From NCBI GenBank assembly GCA_965602015.1, contig OZ271918.1, positions 3,360,001 to 3,424,000 of the forward strand: a DNA stretch of 64,000 bases, in the 5' to 3' direction. Below are positions 49,332 through 59,640 of this stretch, one piece after another (the stretch's first letter is position 1; each line of letters opens with the position of its first letter). The stretch comes from Salinispira sp. (GTDB lineage: Bacteria; Spirochaetota; Spirochaetia; DSM-27196; Salinispiraceae). A program made the position numbers and the translations under genes. Under the pieces are notes generated by a model. It saw only the letters and a program-made list of their open reading frames with translations. It was not told the DNA's origin and made no database searches.

Positions 49332-50244
49332 GCGGCGAATCCTTTCCAACGCTATTCTGCTCCTTACCGCCCTGATATGGGGTTTCGCCTTCGTGGCACA
49401 GCGGGTGGGAATGAGCCATATCGGTCCCATGCTTTTTAACGGCATCCGCTTCGCACTGGGCGCCCTCTCGCTGCTCCCGCTGTACCTGATAAACAGGAAA
49501 AAGCGGCGCGTAAAAACTGGGGGCGGAGTACAGAATGCCAGGGCTTCCCGAACTGATCTGGTCAAGATTGCCTTGCTGGCCGGTCTTGTGTTGTTCGCCG
49601 GAGCCTCGCTCCAGCAGATCGGCATCGTCTACACCTCCGCGGGCAATGCGGGTTTTATTACCGGCCTGTACATCATCATTGTGCCGATCAGCGGCAGCCT
49701 GTGGAGGCAGAGGACTCCCCGTCCCGCATGGATAGGGGCGAGCCTCGCGCTGGCGGGACTGTATTTTCTTTCGGTGAAAGACGGGTTTTCCATCGGCACC
49801 GGAGACCTGTTGGTGCTGCTCAGCGCGTTTTTTTGGGCTTTTCACGTGCATTTAATTGCCCACGCCGCGCCGCGCCACAGTTCAATTACCCTGTCGATAA
49901 TTCAGTATTCCATGGTGGCGATTCTCAGCCTTTTAACCGCGCTGCTTACCGAGCCAATAGATTTTTCCCGGCTGCCGGGGGCAGTGCCCGCAATTCTCTA
50001 CGGGGGAATAATGTCGGTGGGCGTGGCCTATACCCTGCAGGTCGTCGGTCAGCGCAGGGCTCACCCGACCCATGCGGCAGTAATCCTATCTCTCGAGGGA
50101 GCGTTTGCGGCCCTGGGCGGATGGCTGTTGATCGGCGAAACTCTCAGCTCGCGGGAGCTCATCGGTGCGCTGTTGATGCTGTGCGGGATGCTGCTTTCAC
50201 AGATTCCCGAACGTCAGCCACGGTCTGCCCGGGAATCCCTGTGA
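49324..50244 (+). CDS. DMT/EamA-family transporter
   Basis: IWGFAFVAQ, LQQIG, AGFITGLY, AYTLQVVGQ, ILSLE; start GTG 49324 inferred. Confidence 0.9.
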   Translation: MDRRRILSNAILLLTALIWGFAFVAQRVGMSHIGPMLFNGIRFALGALSLLPLYLINRKKRRVKTGGGVQNARASRTDLVKIALLAGLVLFAGASLQQIGIVYTSAGNAGFITGLYIIIVPISGSLWRQRTPRPAWIGASLALAGLYFLSVKDGFSIGTGDLLVLLSAFFWAFHVHLIAHAAPRHSSITLSIIQYSMVAILSLLTALLTEPIDFSRLPGAVPAILYGGIMSVGVAYTLQVVGQRRAHPTHAAVILSLEGAFAALGGWLLIGETLSSRELIGALLMLCGMLLSQIPERQPRSARESL

Positions 50245-50274
50245 CGGGGAAATCCTGTGACGTGGATTCCCGGT

Positions 50275-51060
50275 CTAGTTTATAAGCTCTTCCACTGCGC
50301 GAACCATGGGAGCCGGAAGCTCCCAACGGCTTGTGAGGTACTCAAGCATTGCCGAGGCGGATTGCAACGTCTTGCCGTAGCCGTTGAGAAATGTCCCTAG
50401 TACGGCCTCAATACCCGGGTAGCGGAACTCAATCCGCCTGTCAGGTGAGAACCTGTCCGGTTGAACTGAATCTTCTCCCGGGCTCTCCCGGAGCATCAGC
50501 TCCAGCAGCATGGAAAATGCATGGCGTTCGACAAAAATCATCGCCGAAAGGGTCTCTCCCCGTCTGAAGCGGCACACACCCACATAGATGCAGCTGATTA
50601 TCTCCCCAAGGAGCCAATCGGCATTCCTGGACTCGTCGGCGTTTTGTGAAGGCCTGTTCTTCGGCAGTTCCAAACGTGCATCCAGTGATTCGTAGCGCCA
50701 AATAAAGCGCCCCGGAGCATATACAGCGTCATCCAGCTCTTCCGGGGAGAACAGTGCAAACTCGCAATAAATCCCGTCTTCGAAGAGCAGCTTGTAACCG
50801 TCGGCGGTATTGCGGAATTGCCATGCCACCGGCGCTGCGGCGGCGAGCCAGGAGCAGTCTCTGAGAAGACCGGGCTTTGCCTCACTCATGACGATGGCAA
50901 AAAAATCAAGGTCCGAATACGAATCGAGCCTTGAATCCTCCCTCCCGGCGGACCCGAGGCCCAGCAATCCCAGTCCCCAGTCCGAATCCCTGACGATGCG
51001 GGCTATCTGCTGAAGCCGGATTTGAAGCAATTCTGTCCGCCCGGTATCCCCTATGTTCAT
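50275..51060 (-). CDS. Nucleotidyltransferase-fold protein (Pol-beta superfamily)
   Basis: GLGSAG......D.YSDLDFF motif; helical C-terminus with RFRRGE. Confidence 0.7.
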   Translation of the reverse strand: MNIGDTGRTELLQIRLQQIARIVRDSDWGLGLLGLGSAGREDSRLDSYSDLDFFAIVMSEAKPGLLRDCSWLAAAAPVAWQFRNTADGYKLLFEDGIYCEFALFSPEELDDAVYAPGRFIWRYESLDARLELPKNRPSQNADESRNADWLLGEIISCIYVGVCRFRRGETLSAMIFVERHAFSMLLELMLRESPGEDSVQPDRFSPDRRIEFRYPGIEAVLGTFLNGYGKTLQSASAMLEYLTSRWELPAPMVRAVEELIN

Positions 51061-51093
51061 GTGCCATCCTGTATCATCACAATTTTTTCCTGC

Positions 51094-51123
51094 CTGTCTG
51101 TCTGTCTGTCTGTCTGTCTGTCT
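51094..51123. repeat. Tetranucleotide microsatellite (CTGT)7CT
   Basis: Read directly; intergenic between the MATE stop and the NTase-like start. Confidence 0.95.
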
Positions 51124-51146
51124 TAGTGCCTGACTGGGAAAGCCCG

Positions 51147-52520
51147 CTATGAATCAACTGTCAAATCATTTATCCAGCGCCCGCTTTGGGTGCGGACAAC
51201 TCCTACATAGCTTTTTACAATTTCCTCAGAACTGGCCAGGAAAAAAACCAGCATCGGCGGCCATTTCAGAACGAGCCCGCTGAGAAGGGCGAGGGGCAGC
51301 CCGATGAGCCACACGCCGCCCACATCCATTATCAGGCTGAACCGGGTGTCCCCGCCCCCGCGCATAATTGCCACTATCTGAACCAGAGACAGGGCCTTAA
51401 ACGGGAACAGCATAGCGATGACGATGATAAAGTTCCTGGCATAGCGCAGGGTCGACGGCGAGACGTTAAAAAGCCTGGGGATAAACGGAGACGATGCGGC
51501 CAGGATTACTCCGGCTGCAGCGCCCACTGCCGGGGCAAGCCAGGTGAAATTGGCGGCAATTTTTACCGCATCCTGCTTTTTCCCCGCGCCGATGCTGTTG
51601 CCTATCATTATGTAACCGCTGTTGCCCATCCCGATAAATACCACCAGAACCAGTCGGAAAACCGTATCGGCTATGTTTCGCGCCGCAAGGACTTCGGTGC
51701 TGATCCGGGCGAACACGGCGTTGAACAGCGAGATGCCCACCGACCATCCGATCTCATTGATGATGACCGGGAATGCGGTTTTTACTATGCGTCGAAGAAG
51801 TCCGGCCTCACGGATGAGCATTTCAGCGAAGGTGCCCGCCGCGGCATGCCGTCCCCGATATGCGAACAACACCATCAGCAAGGCCTGTAATGCCCGGGCA
51901 ATAACTGTTCCAAGGGCTGCGCCGCGGATTCCCATCTGGGGAAAACCAAGCTTGCCGAAAATGAGGACGTAGTTGAGGGCCGCGTTGACAAAAAGCCCTG
52001 CGGCGGTTGCGTAAAGGGGAAGCCGGGTTTCTCCGCAGGAGCGCAGACCCATGGCGTAGGTAATGGCGACGGCGGTAAACGGATAGGAAGCCGCGGCTAT
52101 TCGCAGGTAGCCGCTTCCCGTAGAGATTACCGTTGGATCGTCGGTAAAAATACCCAGCAGCATTTCGGGAGCCAGAATGGCGGCTGAGCTTACAAGAGCG
52201 GCGCCGATTATCCCCAGGACCAGGCTGACCCCCATGCTCTGGCGAATCCGCGGGATGTCCTTCTTGCCCCAAAACTGGCTGACGAAAATGCCCACTCCGG
52301 AGCTCACTCCGAACAGCATGAGGAGTACGATGAAGTAGATCTGGTTCCCCAGGGCAACCGAAGCCAGGCTTATCTCGCCCAGGCGGCCAATCATGAAGGT
52401 GTCGAGGAAGTTCACCGACGACTCCAGAAAACTTTGAGCGGCAACCGGAATGCCCAGGGACAGAAGGGTTCGTATGTAGTCTCCCGAGAAGTCCGGCTTG
52501 AGAGAAATGGATTTTTTCAC
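51147..52520 (-). CDS. MATE-family efflux transporter
   Basis: DTFMIGRLG, SQFWGK, NYVLIFGKLGFP.MGIRGAALGT, RGGGDT. Confidence 0.93.
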   Translation of the reverse strand: MKKSISLKPDFSGDYIRTLLSLGIPVAAQSFLESSVNFLDTFMIGRLGEISLASVALGNQIYFIVLLMLFGVSSGVGIFVSQFWGKKDIPRIRQSMGVSLVLGIIGAALVSSAAILAPEMLLGIFTDDPTVISTGSGYLRIAAASYPFTAVAITYAMGLRSCGETRLPLYATAAGLFVNAALNYVLIFGKLGFPQMGIRGAALGTVIARALQALLMVLFAYRGRHAAAGTFAEMLIREAGLLRRIVKTAFPVIINEIGWSVGISLFNAVFARISTEVLAARNIADTVFRLVLVVFIGMGNSGYIMIGNSIGAGKKQDAVKIAANFTWLAPAVGAAAGVILAASSPFIPRLFNVSPSTLRYARNFIIVIAMLFPFKALSLVQIVAIMRGGGDTRFSLIMDVGGVWLIGLPLALLSGLVLKWPPMLVFFLASSEEIVKSYVGVVRTQSGRWINDLTVDS

Positions 52521-52526
52521 GTCGCT

Positions 52527-53597
52527 TTATCCTGAAATGACGCAGCGATTGCGCCCCAGGTCCTTGGCCCGGTAAAGCGCCGCGTCAAGACGCTTGATAA
52601 AAGCCTCGGGACTTTCATCCTTTTTGAGTTGCCCGACGCCCATACTTACGGTGGTACCTGTTGAAGACCGGGTATCACCGTCGACGCTGATATGTTCTAC
52701 TTCGCTGCGCACCCGTTCGGCGACGACCTTTGCGGCGGAGAGGTCAGTATCCGGCAGGATGATGAGGAATTCCTCGCCTCCGTAGCGGCCGAGGCTGTCG
52801 GTAATCCTCAGTTTGGTAAGGCTTCTGCGAACGAATTCCTTGAGTACCGCATCACCGATGTCGTGGCCGAATTCGTCATTGATCGCTTTAAAGTGGTCCA
52901 AATCCGCTATCAGGGCGCTGAGCGGGGCGTGATAGCGGGTAAAGCGCTGGATTTCCTGCTCGAGAATGCCGTTGATGCTCCGGCGGTTGTGACAGCCGGT
53001 GAGAAAGTCCCGGGTTGACAGCAGCAGGAGCTCCTGGTTTGCCTTTATGAGTTTATCTGAGGCCATTTTGGCGTTTTCCGCGTACTGGTTCCTCATGTTT
53101 TCAAATATCATCAGAAAACTCGAGAGAGCAACCAGTGATCCGAAGAATATAAGGAAGTACAACGCTCCATAATGCCGGGGGATAATGCCGGCGACAGAGA
53201 GAAGGTAGACTACGTTAATCAGCAGGCCATGGGCGATGGCGTACTTCAAGCCTTCCCTGGTGCCCTTGAGGTAAAAAGCGAATACCGGAACGAAGTACGA
53301 CCACACGGGGCCGGTTCCATCTATTCCCCCTTCGTAAAAAATCATCAAGGTGAAGGTTATATACGGTATGAGAATGAAATTTCCCGCCCGTTCGAAGTTC
53401 GGGCTTCTTCTCAGAAGCACCACATTGACGGCGCTGACGATGAGCAGCAGAACAAGGATTACACTTATCAGGTAACGGCCTATGAGGATATCCACAATGG
53501 TGAACAGGGTGAGGAACAGAATAATGAAGTATGAGAATATGGTGATTATCTGCAGTCGGCGCTTATGCTCGATATTCTCAATATCTGTGTGATCCAT
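52527..53597 (-). CDS. Membrane-anchored diguanylate cyclase (GGDEF)
   Basis: Several TM helices; DFLTGCHNRR, DLDHFKAINDEFGHDIGD, RITD I-site then GRYGGEEF. Confidence 0.93.
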   Translation of the reverse strand: MDHTDIENIEHKRRLQIITIFSYFIILFLTLFTIVDILIGRYLISVILVLLLIVSAVNVVLLRRSPNFERAGNFILIPYITFTLMIFYEGGIDGTGPVWSYFVPVFAFYLKGTREGLKYAIAHGLLINVVYLLSVAGIIPRHYGALYFLIFFGSLVALSSFLMIFENMRNQYAENAKMASDKLIKANQELLLLSTRDFLTGCHNRRSINGILEQEIQRFTRYHAPLSALIADLDHFKAINDEFGHDIGDAVLKEFVRRSLTKLRITDSLGRYGGEEFLIILPDTDLSAAKVVAERVRSEVEHISVDGDTRSSTGTTVSMGVGQLKKDESPEAFIKRLDAALYRAKDLGRNRCVISG

Positions 53598-53650
53598 ACC
53601 GGAAAAGTATAGTTCTTTACCGGAAATCCTGCCAGCTAAACGGCACGAGG

Positions 53651-54478
53651 CTATTGGCCATTCCGCTCATCGTAGGCATAGAGCGAACTGCCCCCCGCGA
53701 AGCGGGCGATTATTGTTTCCGCCAGATCGGGAAAGAGACGATAGAACAGGTGGAGAATTTTACCGGGCAGGGTCATGACGATTCTACGCTTTCTCCTGCT
53801 TACCAGCCGGAAACACGCCCGTGCCACGTCTTCCTGGCTGTTGGCGGTTTTCTCCCGCTTGAGGGGAATCAGTTCTCCCTTTTCATTGTACATCATTTTG
53901 TCCTCGTCATTTGCGGTGAACGAGACGTATAAAACGCCGACGTGAACCGCCGGAGATAACTCCATACGCAAGGATTCTCCCAGGGCGGTAAGGGCCATCT
54001 TGGCAGTGCAGTACGGGGCAACCGCCGGCAGGCCTTTTAACCCAGCCAGGCTGGAAATAAACGACACGCTTCCCCCTGATTTTTTGAGCTCACCCAGGGC
54101 CAGACGCGTCATATTCACGGCTCCGGAGAAGTTTACATCGTTGATCTTGTGAAAAAGTTCGAGATCAATGCTGTCAAAGCGCCCCCGCATGGTCATGCCC
54201 GCGTTGTTTACCAGGACATCGATGCGTCCGAACTCGGCTACCACCGCGTCGACGGCAGCCTGACATTGGGAACGGTCGGTGACATCGCAGCGGATGGCGA
54301 TGGTTTGGACACCATCTCGTTCGAAGTCGTCCTTGGTAGCCAGAAGAACATGTTCATGACGCCCGCAGATTGCAATCCGGTATCCCTTTTTGCCGAAAAA
54401 CCGGGCAATTTCCCGTCCGATGCCCCGGCCGCCACCGGTCACCAGGGCGACTTTTTTACTGGTATCTTTTGGTTTCAC
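53651..54478 (-). CDS. Short-chain dehydrogenase/reductase
   Basis: TGGGRGIG, NNAG, YCTAK; GTG start overlapping the upstream stop. Confidence 0.92.
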   Translation of the reverse strand: MKPKDTSKKVALVTGGGRGIGREIARFFGKKGYRIAICGRHEHVLLATKDDFERDGVQTIAIRCDVTDRSQCQAAVDAVVAEFGRIDVLVNNAGMTMRGRFDSIDLELFHKINDVNFSGAVNMTRLALGELKKSGGSVSFISSLAGLKGLPAVAPYCTAKMALTALGESLRMELSPAVHVGVLYVSFTANDEDKMMYNEKGELIPLKREKTANSQEDVARACFRLVSRRKRRIVMTLPGKILHLFYRLFPDLAETIIARFAGGSSLYAYDERNGQ

Positions 54479-55485
54479 TTTTTCACCTCTCCGGTATATC
54501 CCCGTTCCCTCATCCAGGCAAAACACTCGGATGCGGCCTCGTCGATTGACAACTGGGGAAGATCGAGTTCGGTCATCGCCTTCCGGGATGAGTAATAGCA
54601 GTCCGCGTTGGCAATTCTGGCCATTGCCCGGCTGATGGTCGGAGCTTTGCCACTGATCGAAGCCCAGAGGGACCCCAGGGTGCCGCTGAGCAGCACCAGC
54701 CATGCGGGAAAATCAAAACGCGGAGTCGTCACCCCCAGAACCGACGAGAATCGGTCGAAGGCCTGGCGGTAACTCAAATTTTCTCCCCCGCAGATATAAC
54801 AATGGCCGTTGCGCCCCTTTTCCAATGCGGTCACCGCAGCGCGGGCCACAGCGGAGGCGGCGACGTAATTTTTTCCGCCGGGAGAAGCTCCGGGGGATTT
54901 GCCTTCGCTTAGTGCCAGCAGCATGGCGCCGGCTCCGGGTTTGCTGTCGAAGGCGCCGAGCATAAACGTCGGATTTATAATGCTGACGGGCAGACCTCGT
55001 TTTTCCCAGGCGATCAGGAGCAGCTCCTGCGCTTTTTGCTTTGAATCCTGGTAATCCAGACGGTAGATATGGTCAGTATAGGGATTTTCTTCGGTGCCCG
55101 GAGAATCAAGGCTTCCGGGGCCGAAGGAGTTGGCGGTGCCGATGTGGACCAGTTTTTTTAGGCCCTTGGCCAGAACGGCTTCGATGAGCAGGGCAACCGC
55201 GTCGTAGTTCACCTTCCAGATAGCCGGGGATCGTCCCGGCCAGATTTGTGTGCTGGCAGCGCAGTGAATCACGCCATCGCTTTCATTGAGGCCGGATTCG
55301 ATACTGCGGTAGTCGGTGATATCGCCGTAGAATTTTTCAATGTCAAGGCCGTCCAGCGTGCCGGTCTCCCTGCCTTCCTGAAGGAAGGCCTTCACCTCGT
55401 ACCCCCGGCTTAGCAGTTCCCGGCAAATATGGCTCCCGAGCATACCGTCGGCGCCGGTGACCAGAATTTTCGTACTATTTTTCAT
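54475..55485 (-). CDS. NAD-dependent epimerase/dehydratase (dihydroflavonol-reductase-like)
   Basis: LVTGADGMLG, HCAA, YQDSK. Confidence 0.9.
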   Translation of the reverse strand: MKNSTKILVTGADGMLGSHICRELLSRGYEVKAFLQEGRETGTLDGLDIEKFYGDITDYRSIESGLNESDGVIHCAASTQIWPGRSPAIWKVNYDAVALLIEAVLAKGLKKLVHIGTANSFGPGSLDSPGTEENPYTDHIYRLDYQDSKQKAQELLLIAWEKRGLPVSIINPTFMLGAFDSKPGAGAMLLALSEGKSPGASPGGKNYVAASAVARAAVTALEKGRNGHCYICGGENLSYRQAFDRFSSVLGVTTPRFDFPAWLVLLSGTLGSLWASISGKAPTISRAMARIANADCYYSSRKAMTELDLPQLSIDEAASECFAWMRERGYTGEVKK

Positions 55486-55580
55486 TAGATCATCAAAATA
55501 TACCTGACCTGATAAAAACGCCAGTACCTATTTCCCGGGAAGCTCTCGCGGCCTTGATTATCGGGCCGGCAGCGAGAATA

Positions 55581-57602
55581 ATGCCGGATATGTTTTCCAT
55601 CTGGAAGAAGGGAAAGGACAAACAAAAAAAGAAGCCGCACATGGCAGGTTTGGCACTGTTGGCGATCATTGCCTGTGCGGCCGTCATTTTTCCGGCTAAT
55701 GCAATAATCAGACGCTATGTGCTGACAGAAATTCGCTCCCGTGCGGAAGAACGGGGTTTCGAGCTTTCCATGGATTCCCCCCGGCTCAACATCTTCCTCG
55801 GCAGGTTTTCCGCCGAGCTTATTTCCCTGAGCCGGGAGCCGGGAAGTAAAATAACCGCTGTCGATGTATCGATTACCATCCGGGTAATCCCTTACGCACG
55901 CCTTGCTCTTGGCGGTATTTCGCTTCCCGCGGCGCCGATCGACCGGATGTGGCGGGTGCACGAGTGGTGGACATTTGCCCGGGCTTTGGAAGATTCGGGA
56001 CTTCTCCCCAGGCGGTTCACCCTAGGCGCTCTTGAGTGGGGAGCCGAGTCTATCGGATTTGAACTAACACATCGACGAAACGCAATCGCTCTCGACTTCG
56101 CCGGGACCAGCCTGCGCCTCAATGAAGCTTTTGAGGTCTACGGAACAGTATCGCTTCGCCCCTCAGTCCGGACTCTGGATGGAACGCTCTCCTTAAGCTC
56201 CCCTGGCGCAATTCAGGCTGATGTGCAGATAGGCACGGAGCACGACGGTGCACGGTTTCCCTTACAGGGCACAATGTTGCTGGCTCCGGCAAAACTCCTG
56301 GAAGCGGAATGGATGCCGGATCTCGAGACGGAATTCCGATTTAAAGGATATGCCGACCCTGGAGCGGCTTTAGGGATTCGCCGGGTTCAGGCCCAATCAT
56401 ATCCGCCTCCGCCCGCTCCCCGGGGTTATATTCGCCTGGAGGACGGAGAAGTGCTGGTAAGGGGAGAAGGTTCGCTCATCGAGGGCAGGGTCGATGTGGA
56501 AATCACCGGATTATTCTTCGAAAACCCCGCTGTAGCCGAGAGGCGGAGCAGCGTACTTCCCGAACGGGTGCGCGTGGATTTTGCCGGCGACGGTATTGCT
56601 GCCCAGGATCTTCTCGACCTGGTTCCCGAGGATCTGTTAGGACCCTTGTCGGCCGCCACCGTGGCCGGGAATCTCGGCGGAAGGGCTTCGGTGGATATTC
56701 CTCTGGGGGACTTGGGAGGTATGGATTGGGAGATTGATTTTGATTCCGAAGACTTCTCTGTTCTGAAGCTGCCGGCGGTATATGACGTATTCAAACTCGC
56801 CGGAAGCTTTACCCACCGCATCGCAGATGAGGCCGTGGACTTTGAGCGGCTTGTGGAAATACCCGAATATCGGCCGGCATCCCTCGAGTGGATGCTCCTG
56901 CACAGCGAGCGCAGCGCCGCGTGGGCTCAAGATCAGAGAGAAGACTTTTTGACCCTCATTGAGGAGCTGTCCGCAACTCCCTTCCTCCCGGGGTCCGATG
57001 CTCAAGGCGACCGGTCTTACCGCTATGTCCGCCTTGACGATATATCGCGCTGGGCAATTTCGGCGATTCTCACCGCAGAAGACGGAGACTTCTTTTTTCA
57101 CAGCGGCCTTGATTGGAACACCTTCAGCGATGCCCTTGCCCGCAACCTGGCCGAAGGCGATATCGTCCTCGGCGCGAGCACCATCAGCATGCAGCTGATA
57201 AAAAATATTTTCCTCAGCTCGGACAGGGAATTTGCCCGGAAGGTTCAGGAGATACTTCTTGTATATCTCCTTGAAGAATACATCGGCGTGCCAAAGGACC
57301 GAATACTCGAGATATACCTGAATATTGCGGAATTCGGCCCGGGAATTTTCGGCATCTACGACGCAAGTGCATACTATTTTGACCTGCACCCCCGCGATTT
57401 AAGCGCGGGCCAGGCGGTATGGCTGGCAAGCATTCTGCCTTCACCGAAACGATACCACCGGTATTACACCGCCGGGGGAATCTCTCCCGGCTGGTTCGAA
57501 TGGATGACGTGGAATTTCGATACCATGCTCAAGAGGGGCAGGATGACCGAGGCCGAACACGCCGAGGCAACATCCCGGATTCCCCTGTTTTCATATCGGT
57601 GA
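55581..57602 (+). CDS. Biosynthetic peptidoglycan transglycosylase (GT51) with long N-terminal extension; start uncertain
   Basis: AEDGDFFFHSG, GASTISMQLIKN, RKVQE, KDRILEIYLNIAEFG; no transpeptidase domain. Confidence 0.85.
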   Translation: MPDMFSIWKKGKDKQKKKPHMAGLALLAIIACAAVIFPANAIIRRYVLTEIRSRAEERGFELSMDSPRLNIFLGRFSAELISLSREPGSKITAVDVSITIRVIPYARLALGGISLPAAPIDRMWRVHEWWTFARALEDSGLLPRRFTLGALEWGAESIGFELTHRRNAIALDFAGTSLRLNEAFEVYGTVSLRPSVRTLDGTLSLSSPGAIQADVQIGTEHDGARFPLQGTMLLAPAKLLEAEWMPDLETEFRFKGYADPGAALGIRRVQAQSYPPPPAPRGYIRLEDGEVLVRGEGSLIEGRVDVEITGLFFENPAVAERRSSVLPERVRVDFAGDGIAAQDLLDLVPEDLLGPLSAATVAGNLGGRASVDIPLGDLGGMDWEIDFDSEDFSVLKLPAVYDVFKLAGSFTHRIADEAVDFERLVEIPEYRPASLEWMLLHSERSAAWAQDQREDFLTLIEELSATPFLPGSDAQGDRSYRYVRLDDISRWAISAILTAEDGDFFFHSGLDWNTFSDALARNLAEGDIVLGASTISMQLIKNIFLSSDREFARKVQEILLVYLLEEYIGVPKDRILEIYLNIAEFGPGIFGIYDASAYYFDLHPRDLSAGQAVWLASILPSPKRYHRYYTAGGISPGWFEWMTWNFDTMLKRGRMTEAEHAEATSRIPLFSYR

Positions 57603-57659
57603 CAAAATCCGCTCTCCGATCTGTTGTAAGGGCAGGTAAAACGGCAACATGGAGGAATC

Positions 57660-58505
57660 ATGAACTCAGCCACGACCAGAATACTCATTGTGCTTCTGGC
57701 CCTTGCGGCCCTCAGCAGCCCCCTGTTCTCCGAGGGAGTGTCCGAGAGGCGTGGGTTATCACCTGAAGAATTTTCACAAATCAACGGGTTTTCCCGTGTT
57801 ATAAACGAGAGTCCGGCGGATATCCGGATTACGCTGGAAGAGCCTTTCTCCATACGATTTGAAGGCAGCAGCGAGAGCCGGGAGAACATGTATATTACCC
57901 AGGATGGTGATGAAATCCGCATCCTCCAGCGTCCCGGACGGATAAACCGCGGGTTCAGGGGCTCCGCAACTCTGTATATCAGCATGCCCCGGTTGGAGTA
58001 TCTGCACAACGGCGGCACCGGTGACGCCGCGGTTCAGGGCGTCATCCGAAACAGCAGCCTTGAAATTATCAACAGCGGCACCGGAGACCTGGCTGCCCAG
58101 GCCAGGGTCGAAGAGTTTTCCGCAGTGCTTTCGGGAACCGGCGATATGGACCTCAGGGTAATTTCCGAGGAGGCTGATATCCGCCTCACCGGCACGGGAG
58201 ATTGCCGGATTGCCCTGGTAAGCCGGAACAGCTCCCTGACTCTCACCGGAGTCGGGGATATTCTCGCCGAAGGCGAAAGCGAGAGGGCGAATCTCCGCCT
58301 TACCGGAGCCGGAGCATTCCGCGGCCGGAATTTTTCTGTGGACGAGCTGTCGGCAGCCCTCACCGGCGCCGGCTCTGCCCTGCTCAGAGTCCGGGAGGAG
58401 ATTGACGCAAGACTGACGGGAGTCGGCAATCTCAGCGTTATCGGCTCGGCGGAAATTACCGAGTTGGTTCAGACGGGTATCGGTCGGCTCGTCAGAATTG
58501 ACTGA
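57660..58505 (+). CDS. Exported GIN-domain (DUF2807-like) beta-solenoid protein
   Basis: Signal peptide; repeated [S/T]G[T/A/V]GD units about every 19 aa; GGAGG RBS. Confidence 0.8.
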   Translation: MNSATTRILIVLLALAALSSPLFSEGVSERRGLSPEEFSQINGFSRVINESPADIRITLEEPFSIRFEGSSESRENMYITQDGDEIRILQRPGRINRGFRGSATLYISMPRLEYLHNGGTGDAAVQGVIRNSSLEIINSGTGDLAAQARVEEFSAVLSGTGDMDLRVISEEADIRLTGTGDCRIALVSRNSSLTLTGVGDILAEGESERANLRLTGAGAFRGRNFSVDELSAALTGAGSALLRVREEIDARLTGVGNLSVIGSAEITELVQTGIGRLVRID

Positions 58506-59640
58506 GAGTCAGTAAACCGGCCACAACCTGCCAGATCAGCTTGGCTGCGAGCTTGGCGGTCTGGCTGTCTTTGTCTTTCTCAGGCAACAGCTCCACCACA
58601 TCCATCGACACCAGCTTCCCTGATTGCATAACTTCGTCGATAATCACCATGGCGCTCATCGGGCTTATTCCCATGGGACTGGCCGCACTGACGCCCGGTG
58701 CATAGGCTGATGAAAATGCGTCGAGATCGATGCTGAGATAGACCGACTCAGCCCCCCGTATAAAAGTGCTTATCAGATCCGGAACCCGGCCGGTGTTCGC
58801 GCAGCGCTCGAGCTCCCGCCAATTCACCCAGCTCGCCCCCAGGTTTTTTGCGTGTTTCCGTAAAAACACTGTGTTTCCATCATCCTGAATTCCCGCCGCC
58901 AGGTATCTGAACTCCAGTCCGCTCGCTCTGCAGAGTTCGGCGGCCTGGTCGAAGGGAGTTCCGCTTGTTCCCGGCCGGTCGGGCCGCAGATCTAGGTGGG
59001 CGTCAATGTTGAGGATTGAGGGGGGAGATACTTTTCCACGGGTTTCCCCGCCCGTCAGTCCGGCAAAATGGCCCCATGCTGTTTCGTGGCCACCGCCCAG
59101 AACGATGACGAAAAATCCCGCCTCCCTCAAGGCGCGCACTCCACCGGCGAGCAGGTCCTGGGCTTCCTCCAGGGCTCCTGAAGGCTCCTGGGGGCAGACG
59201 ATGGTACCGGCATCCAGAATCACCGGGACCCCGGAGGCGTAGCCCGCCGCCGCGTTTCCCTTGCCTGAGGTGTGGGCAGCATCCCCCGGCCGAGGCAGAG
59301 AAGCCAAGGCCCGGCGGATTGCATCGGGTCCATCGGCGGCCCCGGGAATGCCCTGATTCCTGATAACTCCGCGATCACAGGCGAAACCCAACAGGGCAAT
59401 TGAGGGTACACGGCGGGGGAGGTCATTTTTGGTGTTATCTCCCGCTGGCAGTTTTATCTCGGTGAGACCATTATCGGGGTGGCCATTATCGGGTAGACCA
59501 TCATTGGGAAGGCGGATTATTTGATGAAGCCTGAAGGCCCGGCTGTCCGTGAGGCTGTCGATTCGGCCCTGCCAGTTTTTCCTGTCGGGGTTCCGGTACA
59601 TGGGGTGGGCTCGCAGCGCTGAAAATCCTTCAATATGCAC
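58492..59640 (-). CDS. hutG: Formimidoylglutamase (arginase fold); start uncertain
   Basis: WQGRID, GGGHETAWGH, NIDAHLDLR, SIDLDAF..AYAPGVSA; last gene of the hut operon. Confidence 0.9.
   Translation of the reverse strand: MHIEGFSALRAHPMYRNPDRKNWQGRIDSLTDSRAFRLHQIIRLPNDGLPDNGHPDNGLTEIKLPAGDNTKNDLPRRVPSIALLGFACDRGVIRNQGIPGAADGPDAIRRALASLPRPGDAAHTSGKGNAAAGYASGVPVILDAGTIVCPQEPSGALEEAQDLLAGGVRALREAGFFVIVLGGGHETAWGHFAGLTGGETRGKVSPPSILNIDAHLDLRPDRPGTSGTPFDQAAELCRASGLEFRYLAAGIQDDGNTVFLRKHAKNLGASWVNWRELERCANTGRVPDLISTFIRGAESVYLSIDLDAFSSAYAPGVSAASPMGISPMSAMVIIDEVMQSGKLVSMDVVELLPEKDKDSQTAKLAAKLIWQVVAGLLTLSQF

Noticed and set aside
48441..49625. 394-aa minus-strand ORF
   Set aside because: Antisense to two clear EamA transporter genes
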